64,000 bases of DNA from an uncultured Eubacteriales bacterium (GCA_902790495.1 CADASK010000024.1:5625-69624), one strand, 5' to 3'. Positions 51,252-61,513 are shown, counted from the stretch's first letter. A program made the numbers and translations. The notes: generated by a model from the sequence alone, not told the origin.

Positions 51252-52799
51252 TTGGGCAAGAACATTCTCGAGATGAGAAATATCACCAAGGTGTTCCCGG
51301 GCGTGAAGGCGCTTGACCAGGTCAATATCGAGGTGGAGGAGGGCGAGATTCACGCCCTGTGCGGCGAGAACGGCGCGGGCAAATCCACCCTGATGAAGGT
51401 GCTCAGCGGCATTCACCCCTACGGCACCTACGAGGGCGACATCATCTATCAGGGTGAGGAGTGCCGTTTCCGCAACATCAAGGACAGCGAGCGCAAGGGC
51501 ATCGTCATCATCCACCAGGAGCTGGCGCTGGTCCCCTACCTGAGCATCGCCGAGAACATGTTTCTGGGCAACGAGCAGCAGAAGCGCAGGGGCGTGGTGG
51601 ACTGGGACAAGACCTACTCCACCTGCTCGAAATACCTGGAGATGGTCGGCCTGCACGAGAACCCGCGCACGCTGATCAAGGACATCGGCGTGGGCAAGCA
51701 GCAACTGGTCGAGATCGCCAAGGCGCTGGCCAAGAACGTGAAGCTGCTGATCCTCGACGAGCCCACCTCCTCCCTGAATGAACAGGACGCCAAGAACCTG
51801 CTGGACATGCTCATCCGCTTCAAGGGCCAGGGCATCACCAGCATCCTGATCTCGCACAAGCTCAACGAGATCAGCTACTGCTCGGACAAGATCACCATCA
51901 TCCGCGACGGCCACACCATCGAGACGCTGGACAAGGCCGTGGACGACATCAGCGAATCCCGGATCATCAAGGGCATGGTGGGCCGCGAGATGACGAACCG
52001 CTTCCCCCAGCGCGAGCACCACATCGGCGACGTCTCGCTGGAGATCAGGAACTGGAACGTCTACCATCCGCAGTTCACCGAGCGCAAGGTGGTGGACAAC
52101 GTCTCCATCACGCTGCGCAAGGGCGAGGTCGTCGGCATCTCCGGCCTGATCGGCGCCGGGCGCACCGAGCTGTGCATGTCGGTCTTCGGCCGGGCCTACG
52201 GCAACCGCATCTCCGGCGAGCTGCTGCTGGACGGCAAGCCGATCCAGCTGCACGACATCCCCACCGCCATCCGGCACGGCATCATGTACGTCACCGAGGA
52301 CCGAAAGGGCGACGGCCTGATCGTCTCGGACTCCATCAAGCACAACATCTCCCTCGCCCGGCCGGCCTTTATCTCCTCGCGCGGCGTGATCGACCAGGAC
52401 CTGGAAGCCATCAAGGGCAAGGAATTCAGCCAGGAGCTGGGGGTCAAGACCCCCACCATCGAGCAGCTGGTCGGCAACCTCTCCGGCGGCAACCAGCAGA
52501 AGGTGCTGCTGGCCAAGAGCCTCTTCGCCGAGCCGGACATCCTCATGCTCGACGAGCCGACCCGCGGTGTCGACGTCGGCGCTAAGTACGAAATCTACGA
52601 AATCATCAACAAGATGGTCGGGGACGGGAAGTCCGTGCTGATGATTTCTTCTGAACTGCCTGAGTTGTTAGGCATGGCCGACCGCATCTACGTGATGAAC
52701 GAAGGCCATGTGGTTGCCGAGCTGCAGAACGACGGCACCGTGACCCAGGAGGAGATCATGGGCTACATCCTGCGCGACAGCAACAGGAATATTCAATAA
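51252..52799 (+). CDS. gguA: Multiple-monosaccharide ABC transporter ATP-binding protein (duplicated ATPase)
   Basis: Two ABC cassettes (GENGAGKST; LSGGNQQK). [20 protein letters not shown] is a typical N-terminus. TTG start 51252 follows aaggggga. Confidence 0.88.
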   Translation: MGKNILEMRNITKVFPGVKALDQVNIEVEEGEIHALCGENGAGKSTLMKVLSGIHPYGTYEGDIIYQGEECRFRNIKDSERKGIVIIHQELALVPYLSIAENMFLGNEQQKRRGVVDWDKTYSTCSKYLEMVGLHENPRTLIKDIGVGKQQLVEIAKALAKNVKLLILDEPTSSLNEQDAKNLLDMLIRFKGQGITSILISHKLNEISYCSDKITIIRDGHTIETLDKAVDDISESRIIKGMVGREMTNRFPQREHHIGDVSLEIRNWNVYHPQFTERKVVDNVSITLRKGEVVGISGLIGAGRTELCMSVFGRAYGNRISGELLLDGKPIQLHDIPTAIRHGIMYVTEDRKGDGLIVSDSIKHNISLARPAFISSRGVIDQDLEAIKGKEFSQELGVKTPTIEQLVGNLSGGNQQKVLLAKSLFAEPDILMLDEPTRGVDVGAKYEIYEIINKMVGDGKSVLMISSELPELLGMADRIYVMNEGHVVAELQNDGTVTQEEIMGYILRDSNRNIQ

Positions 52800-52812
52800 C
52801 GGGGGTTCAAGC

Positions 52813-54027
52813 ATGAAAAAGAAGTCGCTTATGAAGGGCAATATGCGCGAGATGAGCATGCTGATTGCCCTCGTCATCATCATCGTTCTCTTCACCATTC
52901 TCACCAAGGGCATCCTCCTGAGGCCCATGAACATCGCCAACCTGATCAACCAGAACGCCTACGTGGTGATCCTGGCCTGCGGCATGCTGCTGTGCATCCT
53001 CACCGGCGGCAACATCGACCTGAGCGTTGGCTCCACCGTCGCCCTGGTCGGCGCCTTCGCCGGCACCTTCATCATCACCTGGGGCTGGAACCCCTACCTG
53101 AGCATCGTCCTGTGCCTGCTCATCGGCATCGGCCTGGGCGCGTGGCAGGGCTTCTGGATTGCCTATGTGGGCATCCCGCCCTTCATCTGCACCTTGAGCG
53201 GCATGCTGGTGTTCCGCGGCATCACCCTGCTCATCCTGAACGGCCTGACGCTCGCGCCCTTCCCGGCGGCCTACACCCAGCTGTCCACGGGCTTCATCCC
53301 CGATATCGCGCCCGATGGCATCACCCTGTTCGGCACGAAGCTGAACCTGCTGTGCCTGCTGGTGGGCGTCGCCATCGCCGTGGCCTATGTGGCCCTGCAG
53401 ATCAAGAACAACGCCACCCGCAAGAAGAAGGGCTATGAGACCGAGCCCCTGCCCAGCCTGCTGATCAAGACCGTCATCATCTGCGCGGCCGTGATCGCGG
53501 TGTTCTGGAAGCTGGCCCAGCACAAGGGCATCCCCACCGTGCTGATCATCCTGGGCATCCTGCTGCTGGTGTATAACTTCATCACCCAGAAGACGGTGAT
53601 GGGCCGTCACCTCTACGCCATCGGCGGCAACAAGAAGGCCGCCGAGCTCTCCGGCGTCAAGACCAAGAAGATGATGTTCCTGGCCTATACCAACATGAGC
53701 TTCATCGCGGCCATCGCCGGCCTGGTCTTCGCGGCCCGTCTGAACAGCGCCAGCCCGGTGGCCGGCCAGAGCTTTGAGATGGACGCCATCGCCTCCTGCT
53801 TCATCGGCGGCGCGTCCGCCTACGGCGGCACCGGCACCATCGGCGGCGCCCTGATCGGCGCCCTGATCATGGGCACGCTGAACAACGGCATGTCCATCAT
53901 GGGCATCTCCTCCAACACGCAGCAGGTGGTCAAGGGCCTTGTGCTGCTGATCGCCGTCGCCATCGACGTGCTGGGCAAGAAGAACTTCAACTGGAAGTCT
54001 CTGCTGAACCTGGGCAAGAAGGCGTGA
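52813..54027 (+). CDS. gguB: Multiple-monosaccharide ABC transporter permease
   Basis: 404-aa polytopic permease of the ribose/xylose type (GGNIDLSVGS motif). Confidence 0.85.
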   Translation: MKKKSLMKGNMREMSMLIALVIIIVLFTILTKGILLRPMNIANLINQNAYVVILACGMLLCILTGGNIDLSVGSTVALVGAFAGTFIITWGWNPYLSIVLCLLIGIGLGAWQGFWIAYVGIPPFICTLSGMLVFRGITLLILNGLTLAPFPAAYTQLSTGFIPDIAPDGITLFGTKLNLLCLLVGVAIAVAYVALQIKNNATRKKKGYETEPLPSLLIKTVIICAAVIAVFWKLAQHKGIPTVLIILGILLLVYNFITQKTVMGRHLYAIGGNKKAAELSGVKTKKMMFLAYTNMSFIAAIAGLVFAARLNSASPVAGQSFEMDAIASCFIGGASAYGGTGTIGGALIGALIMGTLNNGMSIMGISSNTQQVVKGLVLLIAVAIDVLGKKNFNWKSLLNLGKKA

Positions 54028-54070
54028 CATGGCCTTCCGCCATGACCAACCAAGGAGGGAATGGGCAGAC

Positions 54071-55594
54071 ATGCGCTACGTATTGGGTGTCGACCTCGGA
54101 ACCAGCGGAACCAAGACCGTTCTCTTTGACGAAAACGGCATTGCCGCCGCGTCCGCGTCCCGGGAGTATCCGATGGATCAGCCCTACAACGGCTGGGCCG
54201 AGCAGGATCCCGACGACTGGTGGCGCGCCGCGCGGGACACCATCCGCGAGATTCTGGACAAGAGCGGCGTGAAGGCCGCCGACATCTGCGGTCTGGGCAT
54301 CAGCGGCCAGATGCACGGCCTGGTGATGACCGACGACGCGGGCGCCGCCCTGCGCAAGGCCATCCTCTGGTGCGACGGCCGCACCGGCGAGGAGTGCCGC
54401 GAGCTGACCGAGCGGGTCGGCAAGGAGCGGCTGATCGCCATCTCCGCCAACCCGGCCCTCACCGGCTTCACCGCCGGCAAGATCCTCTGGGTGCAGAAGC
54501 ACGAGCCGGAGCTGTGGGCGCAGGTGCGCCACGTGATGCTCCCCAAGGACTATGTGCGGCTGAAGCTGACCGGCGTCTTCGCCTCCGAGATGAGCGACGC
54601 CAGCGGCACCAACATGCTGGACGTGCCGAACCGCCGCTGGTCGGAGGAGATCGCCGCGGCCCTGAACCTGCCCATGGCCTACCTGCCGCCGCTGTGCGAG
54701 AGCCCCGACGTGGCCGGACGCATCAGCGCCGAGGCCGCGAAGGAGACCGGCCTGCTGGAGGGCATGCCCGTGGCGGGCGGCGCGGCGGACAACATGGCCG
54801 GCGCCATCGGCACAGGCGTGGTGCGTGCGGGCAAGGCCTTCACCACCATCGGCACCAGCGGCGTGGTGTTCGCCCACAGCGACACCGTGCAGATCGACCC
54901 GGCAGGCCGGGTGCACACCTTCTGCGCGGCAGTGCCCGGGGCCTACACCGTGATGAGCTGCACGCTGGCGGCAGGCCTGTCGCTGAAGTGGTTCCGCGAC
55001 ACCTTCTGTCAGGCGGAGATCCAGACCGCCGACGGCATGGGCACCGACCCCTATGTGCTGATGAACGAGCAGGCCGCCCAGAGCCCCATCGGCTCCAACC
55101 GGCTGATCTTCCTGCCCTACCTGATGGGCGAGCGCAGCCCGCTGCTGGACAGCGACGCCCGCGGCGCCTTCATCGGCCTGAGCGCGATCCATCAGCGCCG
55201 CGACCTGCTGCGCGCGGTGATGGAGGGCGTCATCTTCTCTCAGCGGCAGAACCTGGACATCCTGCGCGGCATGCACGTGGTGCCGGAGACCATGCTGGCC
55301 TGCGGCGGCGGCGCGAAGAGTCCCTTCTGGCGGCAGATGATGGCGGACGTCTTCGGGATGCCCGTGGCCACGGTGCAGAACACCGAGGGCCCGGCCCTGG
55401 GCGCGGCCATCCTGGCCGGCACGGCGGCGGGGCTGTACGAGAGCGTCCCCGCGGCCTGCGAAAAGATGATCCGCGAGAGCGAGCCCCTGCAGCCTGACCA
55501 GGCGCGCGGCGCGGCCTACGAACCGTTCTTTGAGATTTACGAGAAGCTGTATCCCCAGCTGAAGAGCGCTTACGCCGAGTTAGCGAAGCTGTAA
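54071..55594 (+). CDS. xylB: Xylulokinase (FGGY family)
   Basis: MRYVLGVDLGTSGTKTVLFDENG...GWAEQDPDDWW...GISGQMHGLV are typical XylB motifs. Confidence 0.85.
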   Translation: MRYVLGVDLGTSGTKTVLFDENGIAAASASREYPMDQPYNGWAEQDPDDWWRAARDTIREILDKSGVKAADICGLGISGQMHGLVMTDDAGAALRKAILWCDGRTGEECRELTERVGKERLIAISANPALTGFTAGKILWVQKHEPELWAQVRHVMLPKDYVRLKLTGVFASEMSDASGTNMLDVPNRRWSEEIAAALNLPMAYLPPLCESPDVAGRISAEAAKETGLLEGMPVAGGAADNMAGAIGTGVVRAGKAFTTIGTSGVVFAHSDTVQIDPAGRVHTFCAAVPGAYTVMSCTLAAGLSLKWFRDTFCQAEIQTADGMGTDPYVLMNEQAAQSPIGSNRLIFLPYLMGERSPLLDSDARGAFIGLSAIHQRRDLLRAVMEGVIFSQRQNLDILRGMHVVPETMLACGGGAKSPFWRQMMADVFGMPVATVQNTEGPALGAAILAGTAAGLYESVPAACEKMIRESEPLQPDQARGAAYEPFFEIYEKLYPQLKSAYAELAKL

Positions 55595-55623
55595 GAGATT
55601 CCGCTGCCATATCAACGCGGCGG

Positions 55624-55747
55624 CGAAGGGGTGCAGGGGGTTCGGAGCGCCCGGAAAACGCCATGTTATGGCGTTTTCAGCGGAGAACGGGCGGCAGCCC
55701 CGGACCGACCGCAAAGCCCCCTGCCCGCGCCCGCAGGCGTGGAATCC
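55624..55747 (+). repeat. Family-1 repeat, long form (C15)
   Basis: cgaaggggt GCAGGGGG [insert] ccgcaaag CCCCCTGC CCGCGCC cgca GGCGTGG aatcc. The H2 stem has a G-T (G-U) pair only if read on the plus strand. Confidence 0.9.
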
Positions 55748-55792
55748 CTGTGCCAAAGCACAAAGCTTTCAAACCAGAAAGGATGACAACCC

Positions 55793-56428
55793 ATGAAAAT
55801 CCTTCCCGTCAGTGATCCGGCATTCCGCCCCTATGGGCGCATCGTCGGAGGCTACCCGGTCGAGGGCCTGCTGGAGGCCCTGACCAAGACGCCGCTGCCC
55901 GAGGGCACCGAGTATGTGCCCAAGGACGAAACCCTGCACGCCGCGAAGGACGCGGAGGCCGTCGGCGAGGCCCTCTTCGGCGGCATGCCCTTCCAGCTGG
56001 GCTGGTGCAACGGCCACAACACCAGGCTGAACTGCCTGGAGTACCACCGCGACAGCGAGTTCAACCTCTCCCCCGAGGCTTTCATCCTCCTGCTGGCGAA
56101 GATGGACGACATCGCGGAGGACGGCACCCTGGACACCGCGAAGGTCAAGGCCTTCTGCGTGCCGGCGGGCGTGATGGTCGAGGTCTACGCCACCACCCTG
56201 CACTATGCCCCCTGCCACGTCGACCCGGCCAAGGGCTTCCACGTGATGGTGGGCCTGCCCGCGGGCACCAACACCGACTACCGCCCGGTGAACGCGGCAA
56301 ACGTCGCCGACAGCACGATCTGGGCGCGGAACAAGTGGCTGCTGGCCCATCCCGAGAGCAGCGAGGCCGCCCAGGGCGCGAAGGCGCTGCTGGTGGGCGA
56401 AAACATCGATATCGCCAAGGATCTGTAA
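55793..56428 (+). CDS. DUF4867-family protein
   Basis: MKILPVSDPAFRPYGRIV... at 211 aa resembles the DUF4867 proteins found next to sugar kinase/isomerase genes. Family assignment is from memory. Confidence 0.55.
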   Translation: MKILPVSDPAFRPYGRIVGGYPVEGLLEALTKTPLPEGTEYVPKDETLHAAKDAEAVGEALFGGMPFQLGWCNGHNTRLNCLEYHRDSEFNLSPEAFILLLAKMDDIAEDGTLDTAKVKAFCVPAGVMVEVYATTLHYAPCHVDPAKGFHVMVGLPAGTNTDYRPVNAANVADSTIWARNKWLLAHPESSEAAQGAKALLVGENIDIAKDL

Positions 56429-56434
56429 AAAACT

Positions 56435-56471
56435 GCCCTCTCCGTCAGCGCTTCGCGCTGACGGAGAGGGC
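56435..56471 (+). repeat. Family-2-related 17-bp perfect hairpin (D8)
   Basis: GCCCTCTCCGTCAGCGC ttc GCGCTGACGGAGAGGGC, 7 nt after the DUF4867 stop. No T-tract. Confidence 0.8.
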
Positions 56472-56542
56472 AAGCAAGCAAAGCATCCAAATATCCCATC
56501 ATTTTATCACCCCATCGACTATTTTGAGAGGAGCTACCGCCT

Positions 56543-58021
56543 ATGATCACCAATATCCCCGAGGTCAAGCTGGGCATCGTCGCCGTCAGCCGTGACTGCT
56601 TCCCGATCCAGCTGTCCGAAAAGCGCCGCGCGGCCATCGTCGCCGCCTACGGCAAGGATCTGTACGAGTGCCCCGTGACCGTCGAGAACGAGCTCGACAT
56701 GCAGAAGGCCATCGCGGACGTCAAGGCCGCGGGCATCAACGCCCTGGTCGTCTTCCTGGGCAACTTCGGCCCCGAGACCCCCGAGACCCTGCTGGCCAAG
56801 TACTTCGACGGCCCGACCATGTTCGTGGCAGCGGCCGAGGGCGACGGCGACATGATCAACGGCCGCGGCGACGCCTACTGCGGCATGCTCAACTGCTCCT
56901 ACAACCTCGGCATGCGCCACCTCGCCGGGTACATCCCCTCCTACCCCGTGGGCACCGCGGAGGACGTGGCCGGCATGATCTGCGAGTTCGTGCCGATCGC
57001 CCGCGCCATCATCGGCGTGAAGAACCTGAAGATCATCACCTTCGGCCCGCGTCCCCAGGACTTCTTCGCCTGCAACGCCCCCATCAAGGGCCTGTATGAG
57101 CTGGGCGTGGAGATCGAGGAGAACAGCGAGCTGGATCTGCTGGTCAGCTACAAGGAGCACGCGAACGATCCCCGCATCCCCGAGGTCTGCGCGGACATGG
57201 CCAAGGAGATGGGCGAGGGCGCGTACTATCCGGATATGAGCGTGCGCCTGGCGCAGTTTGAGCTGACCCTGCTGGACTGGGCCGAGAAGCACAAGGGCGA
57301 CCGCAAGTATGTGGCCTTCGCCGACAAGTGCTGGCCCGCCTTCCCGAGCCAGTTCGGCTTCGAGCCCTGCTATGTCAACAGCCGTCTGGTCAGCCGGGGC
57401 ATCCCGGTCTCCTGCGAGGTGGACATCTACGGCGCGCTGTCCGAGTACATCGGCCTGTGCGTCTCCGCCGACCCGGTCACCCTGCTGGACATCAACAACA
57501 GCGTGCCGAAGTACATCTATGACGAGGACATCAAGGGCAAGTACAACTACAGCCTGACCGATACCTTCATGGGCTTCCACTGCGGCAACACGCCCGAGTG
57601 CAAGCTGTGCTCCGACCGCGCCGTGAAGTATCAGCTGATCCAGCACCGCCTGCTCGAGCCGGAGGGAAGCGAGCCCGACTTCACCCGCGGCACCCTCGAG
57701 GGCGACCTGGCCGCCAGCGACATCACCTTCTACCGCCTGCAGTGCGACAGCGAGGGCTGCCTGCGCGCCTACATCGCCGAGGGCGAGATTCTGGACGTGA
57801 AGACCCGCAGCTTCGGCGGCATCGGCGTGTTCGCCATCCCGGAGATGGGCCGCTTCTATCGCCACGTGCTGATCGAGAAGCGCTATCCGCACCACGGCGC
57901 CGTGGCCTTCAGCCATGTGGGCAAGGCCCTGTTCGAGGTCTTCCGCTTCCTGGGCGTGAAGGACATCGCCTACAACCAGCCCGCCTCCCTGCCCTATCCC
58001 ACGGAGAACCCCTTTAAGTAA
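56543..58021 (+). CDS. L-fucose/L-arabinose isomerase-family protein
   Basis: 492 aa. KLGIVAVSRDCFP...VVFLGNFGPE...GDAYCGMLNCSYNLGMR resembles the FucI-like isomerase family. Confidence 0.7.
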   Translation: MITNIPEVKLGIVAVSRDCFPIQLSEKRRAAIVAAYGKDLYECPVTVENELDMQKAIADVKAAGINALVVFLGNFGPETPETLLAKYFDGPTMFVAAAEGDGDMINGRGDAYCGMLNCSYNLGMRHLAGYIPSYPVGTAEDVAGMICEFVPIARAIIGVKNLKIITFGPRPQDFFACNAPIKGLYELGVEIEENSELDLLVSYKEHANDPRIPEVCADMAKEMGEGAYYPDMSVRLAQFELTLLDWAEKHKGDRKYVAFADKCWPAFPSQFGFEPCYVNSRLVSRGIPVSCEVDIYGALSEYIGLCVSADPVTLLDINNSVPKYIYDEDIKGKYNYSLTDTFMGFHCGNTPECKLCSDRAVKYQLIQHRLLEPEGSEPDFTRGTLEGDLAASDITFYRLQCDSEGCLRAYIAEGEILDVKTRSFGGIGVFAIPEMGRFYRHVLIEKRYPHHGAVAFSHVGKALFEVFRFLGVKDIAYNQPASLPYPTENPFK

Positions 58022-58145
58022 GCTATACACCGCCCAGCCCAGCGGTCATCTGACCTGAAAGGGGGACCGACCATCTTCAGACCGCGGCACGGCGGTTCAA
58101 AAACACATGAATATTTCATGCAAAAAAACGTACAGGAGGATTACC

Positions 58146-59393
58146 ATGAAGAAGTTTGTAGCTATGCTGCTGGCAGCCATGATGCTGCTGTCCATGACCT
58201 CTGCCTTCGCCGAGGCCGAAAAGACCACCCTGACCATGTGGTGCATCGCCACCGAGAGCGACGCCAACCGCCCCGCCTATGAGAAGGCCATCGCGGAATT
58301 CGAGGAAGCCCATCCCGACATCGAGATCAAGTGGGAAGCCTTTGAGAACCAGTCCTACAAGACCAAGATCAAGACCGCGATGTCTGATCCCTCCACCCTG
58401 CCGGACATCTTCTTCACCTGGGCCGGCGCCTTCTGCGGCGACTTCGCCGAGCAGGGCAATGTGTACTGCCTGAACGACGCCTACAAGGGCTTCGCGGATC
58501 AGCTGCCCGAGGTCATGATGCAGAACGCCTCCTACGGCGAGAACGGCGACCACTATGCGGTGCCGCTGACCATGAACATCGTGACCCTGTTCGCCAACAT
58601 GGACCTGCTGGCCCAGGCCGGCTGGGATCATGTGCCCACCACCTATGACGACCTGATCGCCTGCTGCGACGCCCTGGTCGCCGCCGGCATCACCCCCTTC
58701 GGCTGCGCCGGCTCCGAGACCTGGTGCGTGACCGAGTACCTGGAGCCCATGATCGAGAAGACCATCGGCTACGAGGCGCTGAACGCCATCTTCGCCGGCA
58801 AGGCCACCTGGAATGACGAAGCCATCGCCAAGGCTGTGGACGCCTTCCAGGAGATGATCGTGAAGGGCTACTTCGATCCCGACGGTCTGACCCTGGGCAA
58901 CGACCAGGTCAAGGCCAACTTCATCGCCGGCAAGTACGCCTTCTATCAGAACGGTTCCTGGAACTGCGGCGAGATCAACGACGCCGAGGGCAACTTCCAG
59001 GTCGCGCTGTTCCCCGTGATGGACACCGAGAAGGCCACCTACGGCCAGGTCATCGGCGGCCCCTCTGACTCCCTGGCTGTCGCCGCCACCTCCAAGAACC
59101 CCGAGCTGGCCGCTCAGGCTGCCTTCGAGCTGGGCCGCGCCATCTGCCACTACGGCTATCTGGCTGGCTCCGGCCTGCCCGCCTGGACTCCCGACTACGA
59201 CACCAGCGCTGTGAAGCCTCTGGTGGCTGACGTGGCCAAGATCGTGGCCGAGTCCGAGGGCATGGTGCTCTTCGGCGACACTGCCATGAGCGCTGACCCC
59301 GCCAACATCTACCTGAACTATGTCTCCCAGGTGTACGGCTGCGAGATCGACGGCGCGCAGTTCGTCGACGGCCTGACCAACACCCTGCAGTAA
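58146..59393 (+). CDS. Carbohydrate ABC transporter substrate-binding protein (family 1, CUT1)
   Basis: Signal peptide MKKFVAMLLAAMMLLSMTSAFA. RBS aggagg 7 nt upstream. Followed by two CUT1 permease genes. Confidence 0.85.
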   Translation: MKKFVAMLLAAMMLLSMTSAFAEAEKTTLTMWCIATESDANRPAYEKAIAEFEEAHPDIEIKWEAFENQSYKTKIKTAMSDPSTLPDIFFTWAGAFCGDFAEQGNVYCLNDAYKGFADQLPEVMMQNASYGENGDHYAVPLTMNIVTLFANMDLLAQAGWDHVPTTYDDLIACCDALVAAGITPFGCAGSETWCVTEYLEPMIEKTIGYEALNAIFAGKATWNDEAIAKAVDAFQEMIVKGYFDPDGLTLGNDQVKANFIAGKYAFYQNGSWNCGEINDAEGNFQVALFPVMDTEKATYGQVIGGPSDSLAVAATSKNPELAAQAAFELGRAICHYGYLAGSGLPAWTPDYDTSAVKPLVADVAKIVAESEGMVLFGDTAMSADPANIYLNYVSQVYGCEIDGAQFVDGLTNTLQ

Positions 59394-59419
59394 GCGATTG
59401 CATCAGCAATGATGGAACC

Positions 59420-59472
59420 GGAGACGGCCCGTCGAGGGAGAATATTCCGAAGAGGGCCGTCTCCCTCTTTTT
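59420..59472 (+). terminator. Intra-operon terminator/attenuator hairpin after the SBP gene
   Basis: GGAGACGGCCC ...23 nt... GGGCCGTCTCC ctcttttt. Confidence 0.7.
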
Positions 59473-59493
59473 ATACAATGCCTTGACAGCAGG

Positions 59494-59551
59494 GGTTCCG
59501 CGCCTGCGGGCGCGGGCAAAGGGCTTTGCGATCGCCCTTTGCAAACCTTCG
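59494..59551 (-). repeat. Family-1 repeat, short form (C16), intercistronic
   Basis: The reverse complement reads cgaaggttt GCAAAGGG cgatcgcaaag CCCTTTGC CCGCGCC cgca GGCGCGG aacc. Confidence 0.9.
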
Positions 59552-59612
59552 CCTGCATCCCTCGCGATCGCATTGTAAGAAAAGAATGGTCTAACAAAAA
59601 GGACTGCGAAAG

Positions 59613-60581
59613 ATGAAGAAGCATTGGTCTTATCGGCTGAGCGTGTTCGCCTTCCTGCTGCCGGGTCTCATCCTCTTCGTCGGCATCCTCATCGCGCCCA
59701 TCATCATGTCGGTGTTCTACAGCCTGAATGACTTCAAGGCCATCTCCGGCTCCGATATGACCTTCGTGGGCCTGAGGAACTACGTGGAGCTGTTCAGCCG
59801 GCAGCTGGCCAACGAGAAGGGCACGCTCTTCGCCAACGTCAACTACATGGGAGACGCCCTGGTCAACGCCCTGGTGCTGGGCGCGCTGTCCGTGTTCATC
59901 CAGCTGCCCCTCGCCCTCATCATCGCCCTCAAGCTCAGCAAGGGCATCCGCGGCGAGCGGGCCTACCTGTCCATCTACTTCATGCCCGTGCTGATCTCCA
60001 CGGTCATCATCGGCCAGCTGTGGATGAACATCTACGAGCCCGACGGCCTGCTGAACGCGGCGCTGGGCGCGCTGGGTGTCCGCGACCAGGTGTTCACCTG
60101 GATCACCTCCCACATCCACTCCACCAAGATGCCCTTCAAGGGCGGCTGGACGGGCTACAAGGAGACCGCCCTGATCGCCGCCTTTGTGCCGATCCTGTGG
60201 CAGTACATCGGCTACCACATGCTGCTGATGTACGCGGGCATCAAGGGCGTGCCGGCGGACCTGCTCGAGGCCGCGCAGCTGGACGGCTGCACCGAGGGCC
60301 AGGTCAACCGCCACATCGTGATTCCCTACATCAAGCCGATCCTCAAGGTCTGTGTCATCTTCGCGGTGACGGGCTCGCTCAAGTCCTTCGACCTCATCTA
60401 CACCCTGATGAAGGACACCCGCCGGGCTGAGCTGCCCAGCACGTTGATGTACAAGCTGACCTTCCTCAACAACCGCTACGGCCTGGGCAGCGCCATCGCC
60501 GTGGTGCTGATCGTGCTGTGCTTCGCCTTCGCGCTGCTGATCAGCCTTGCGTTCAGGGACAGGGGGGAGAAAGTCGCATGA
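59613..60581 (+). CDS. Carbohydrate ABC transporter permease (CUT1, MalF-like)
   Basis: 322-aa polytopic protein containing the EAA-loop region LLEAAQLDGCTEGQVNRHIVIPYIKP. Confidence 0.85.
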   Translation: MKKHWSYRLSVFAFLLPGLILFVGILIAPIIMSVFYSLNDFKAISGSDMTFVGLRNYVELFSRQLANEKGTLFANVNYMGDALVNALVLGALSVFIQLPLALIIALKLSKGIRGERAYLSIYFMPVLISTVIIGQLWMNIYEPDGLLNAALGALGVRDQVFTWITSHIHSTKMPFKGGWTGYKETALIAAFVPILWQYIGYHMLLMYAGIKGVPADLLEAAQLDGCTEGQVNRHIVIPYIKPILKVCVIFAVTGSLKSFDLIYTLMKDTRRAELPSTLMYKLTFLNNRYGLGSAIAVVLIVLCFAFALLISLAFRDRGEKVA

Positions 60582-61480
60582 AAGTCGGAAAGAAAAAGGC
60601 GTCCCTCATCCTGGTGCACCTACTGCTGCTCGTGCTGGTGGTCATCAACCTGTTTCCCCTGTACTGGATGCTGACCTTCTCCCTGAAGGACAACGACGAG
60701 ATCTTCGGCGGCTACCTCAAGGACGACACCGGCGCCATCATCTACGATGCCAGCGGCGAGAAGATCCCCGTGGCGCGCAACATGATCGGCTTGCCGCGCA
60801 CCTGGCGCTGGAGCAACTACACCAAGGCGCTGAACACAGGCAACATGGGGCGCTACTTCCTCAACAGCCTGATCGTGTCCGCCTCGGCCATCATCATCAC
60901 GCTGATGGCGGCCTTCATGGCCACCTACGCCATGACGCGGCTGGTGTGGAAGGGCCGGAAGATGATGAACAAGTTCTTCATGCTCGGCCTGACCATCCCG
61001 ATCCACGCCGCCCTGGTGCCCGTGTTCCTGATCCTCTCGCGGCTGAAGCTGCTGGATACCTACACGGCCCTGATCGTGCCCTACGCGGCCTTCTCGCTGT
61101 CCATGGGCATCCTGATTAGCGCGGGCTTCATGGGGGATATCCCCTATGACCTGGACGAGGCCGCCTTCCTGGACGGCTGCACCGAGTGGGGCATCTTCGG
61201 CCGGGTGATCCTGCCGCTGATGATGCCCGCCACCGCCACCGTGGGCATCTACACCTTCCTGCAGTGCTGGAACGAGCTGCTCTTCGCCACCATCTTCGTC
61301 AGCAAGGGCGAGTACGTCACCCTGCCCGTGGGCGTCAAGCAGCTGGTGGGCCAGCACACCACCGACTGGGGCCCTGTGGGCGCGGCGCTGGCCATCGCGA
61401 CCATCCCGACGATGATCGTCTATGTGCTGCTGAGCCGGAAGATTCAGGAGGGCTTCATCGCCGGTGCGGTCAAGGGCTAA
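60578..61480 (+). CDS. Carbohydrate ABC transporter permease (CUT1, MalG-like)
   Basis: ATGA overlap with the upstream gene. EAA loop LDEAAFLDGCTEWGIFGRVILPLMMP. Confidence 0.85.
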   Translation: MKVGKKKASLILVHLLLLVLVVINLFPLYWMLTFSLKDNDEIFGGYLKDDTGAIIYDASGEKIPVARNMIGLPRTWRWSNYTKALNTGNMGRYFLNSLIVSASAIIITLMAAFMATYAMTRLVWKGRKMMNKFFMLGLTIPIHAALVPVFLILSRLKLLDTYTALIVPYAAFSLSMGILISAGFMGDIPYDLDEAAFLDGCTEWGIFGRVILPLMMPATATVGIYTFLQCWNELLFATIFVSKGEYVTLPVGVKQLVGQHTTDWGPVGAALAIATIPTMIVYVLLSRKIQEGFIAGAVKG

Positions 61481-61513
61481 AACCCTTTCAACAGACCAAA
61501 TTCAAGCGGCAGG

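Noticed and set aside
58106-58120. The palindrome CATGAATATTTCATG upstream of the CUT1 SBP gene as a catabolite-responsive (cre) site.
   Set aside because: - It lacks the central CG and the TGNAANCGNTNNCA pattern of cre.
- It may still be an operator, but I cannot support that.
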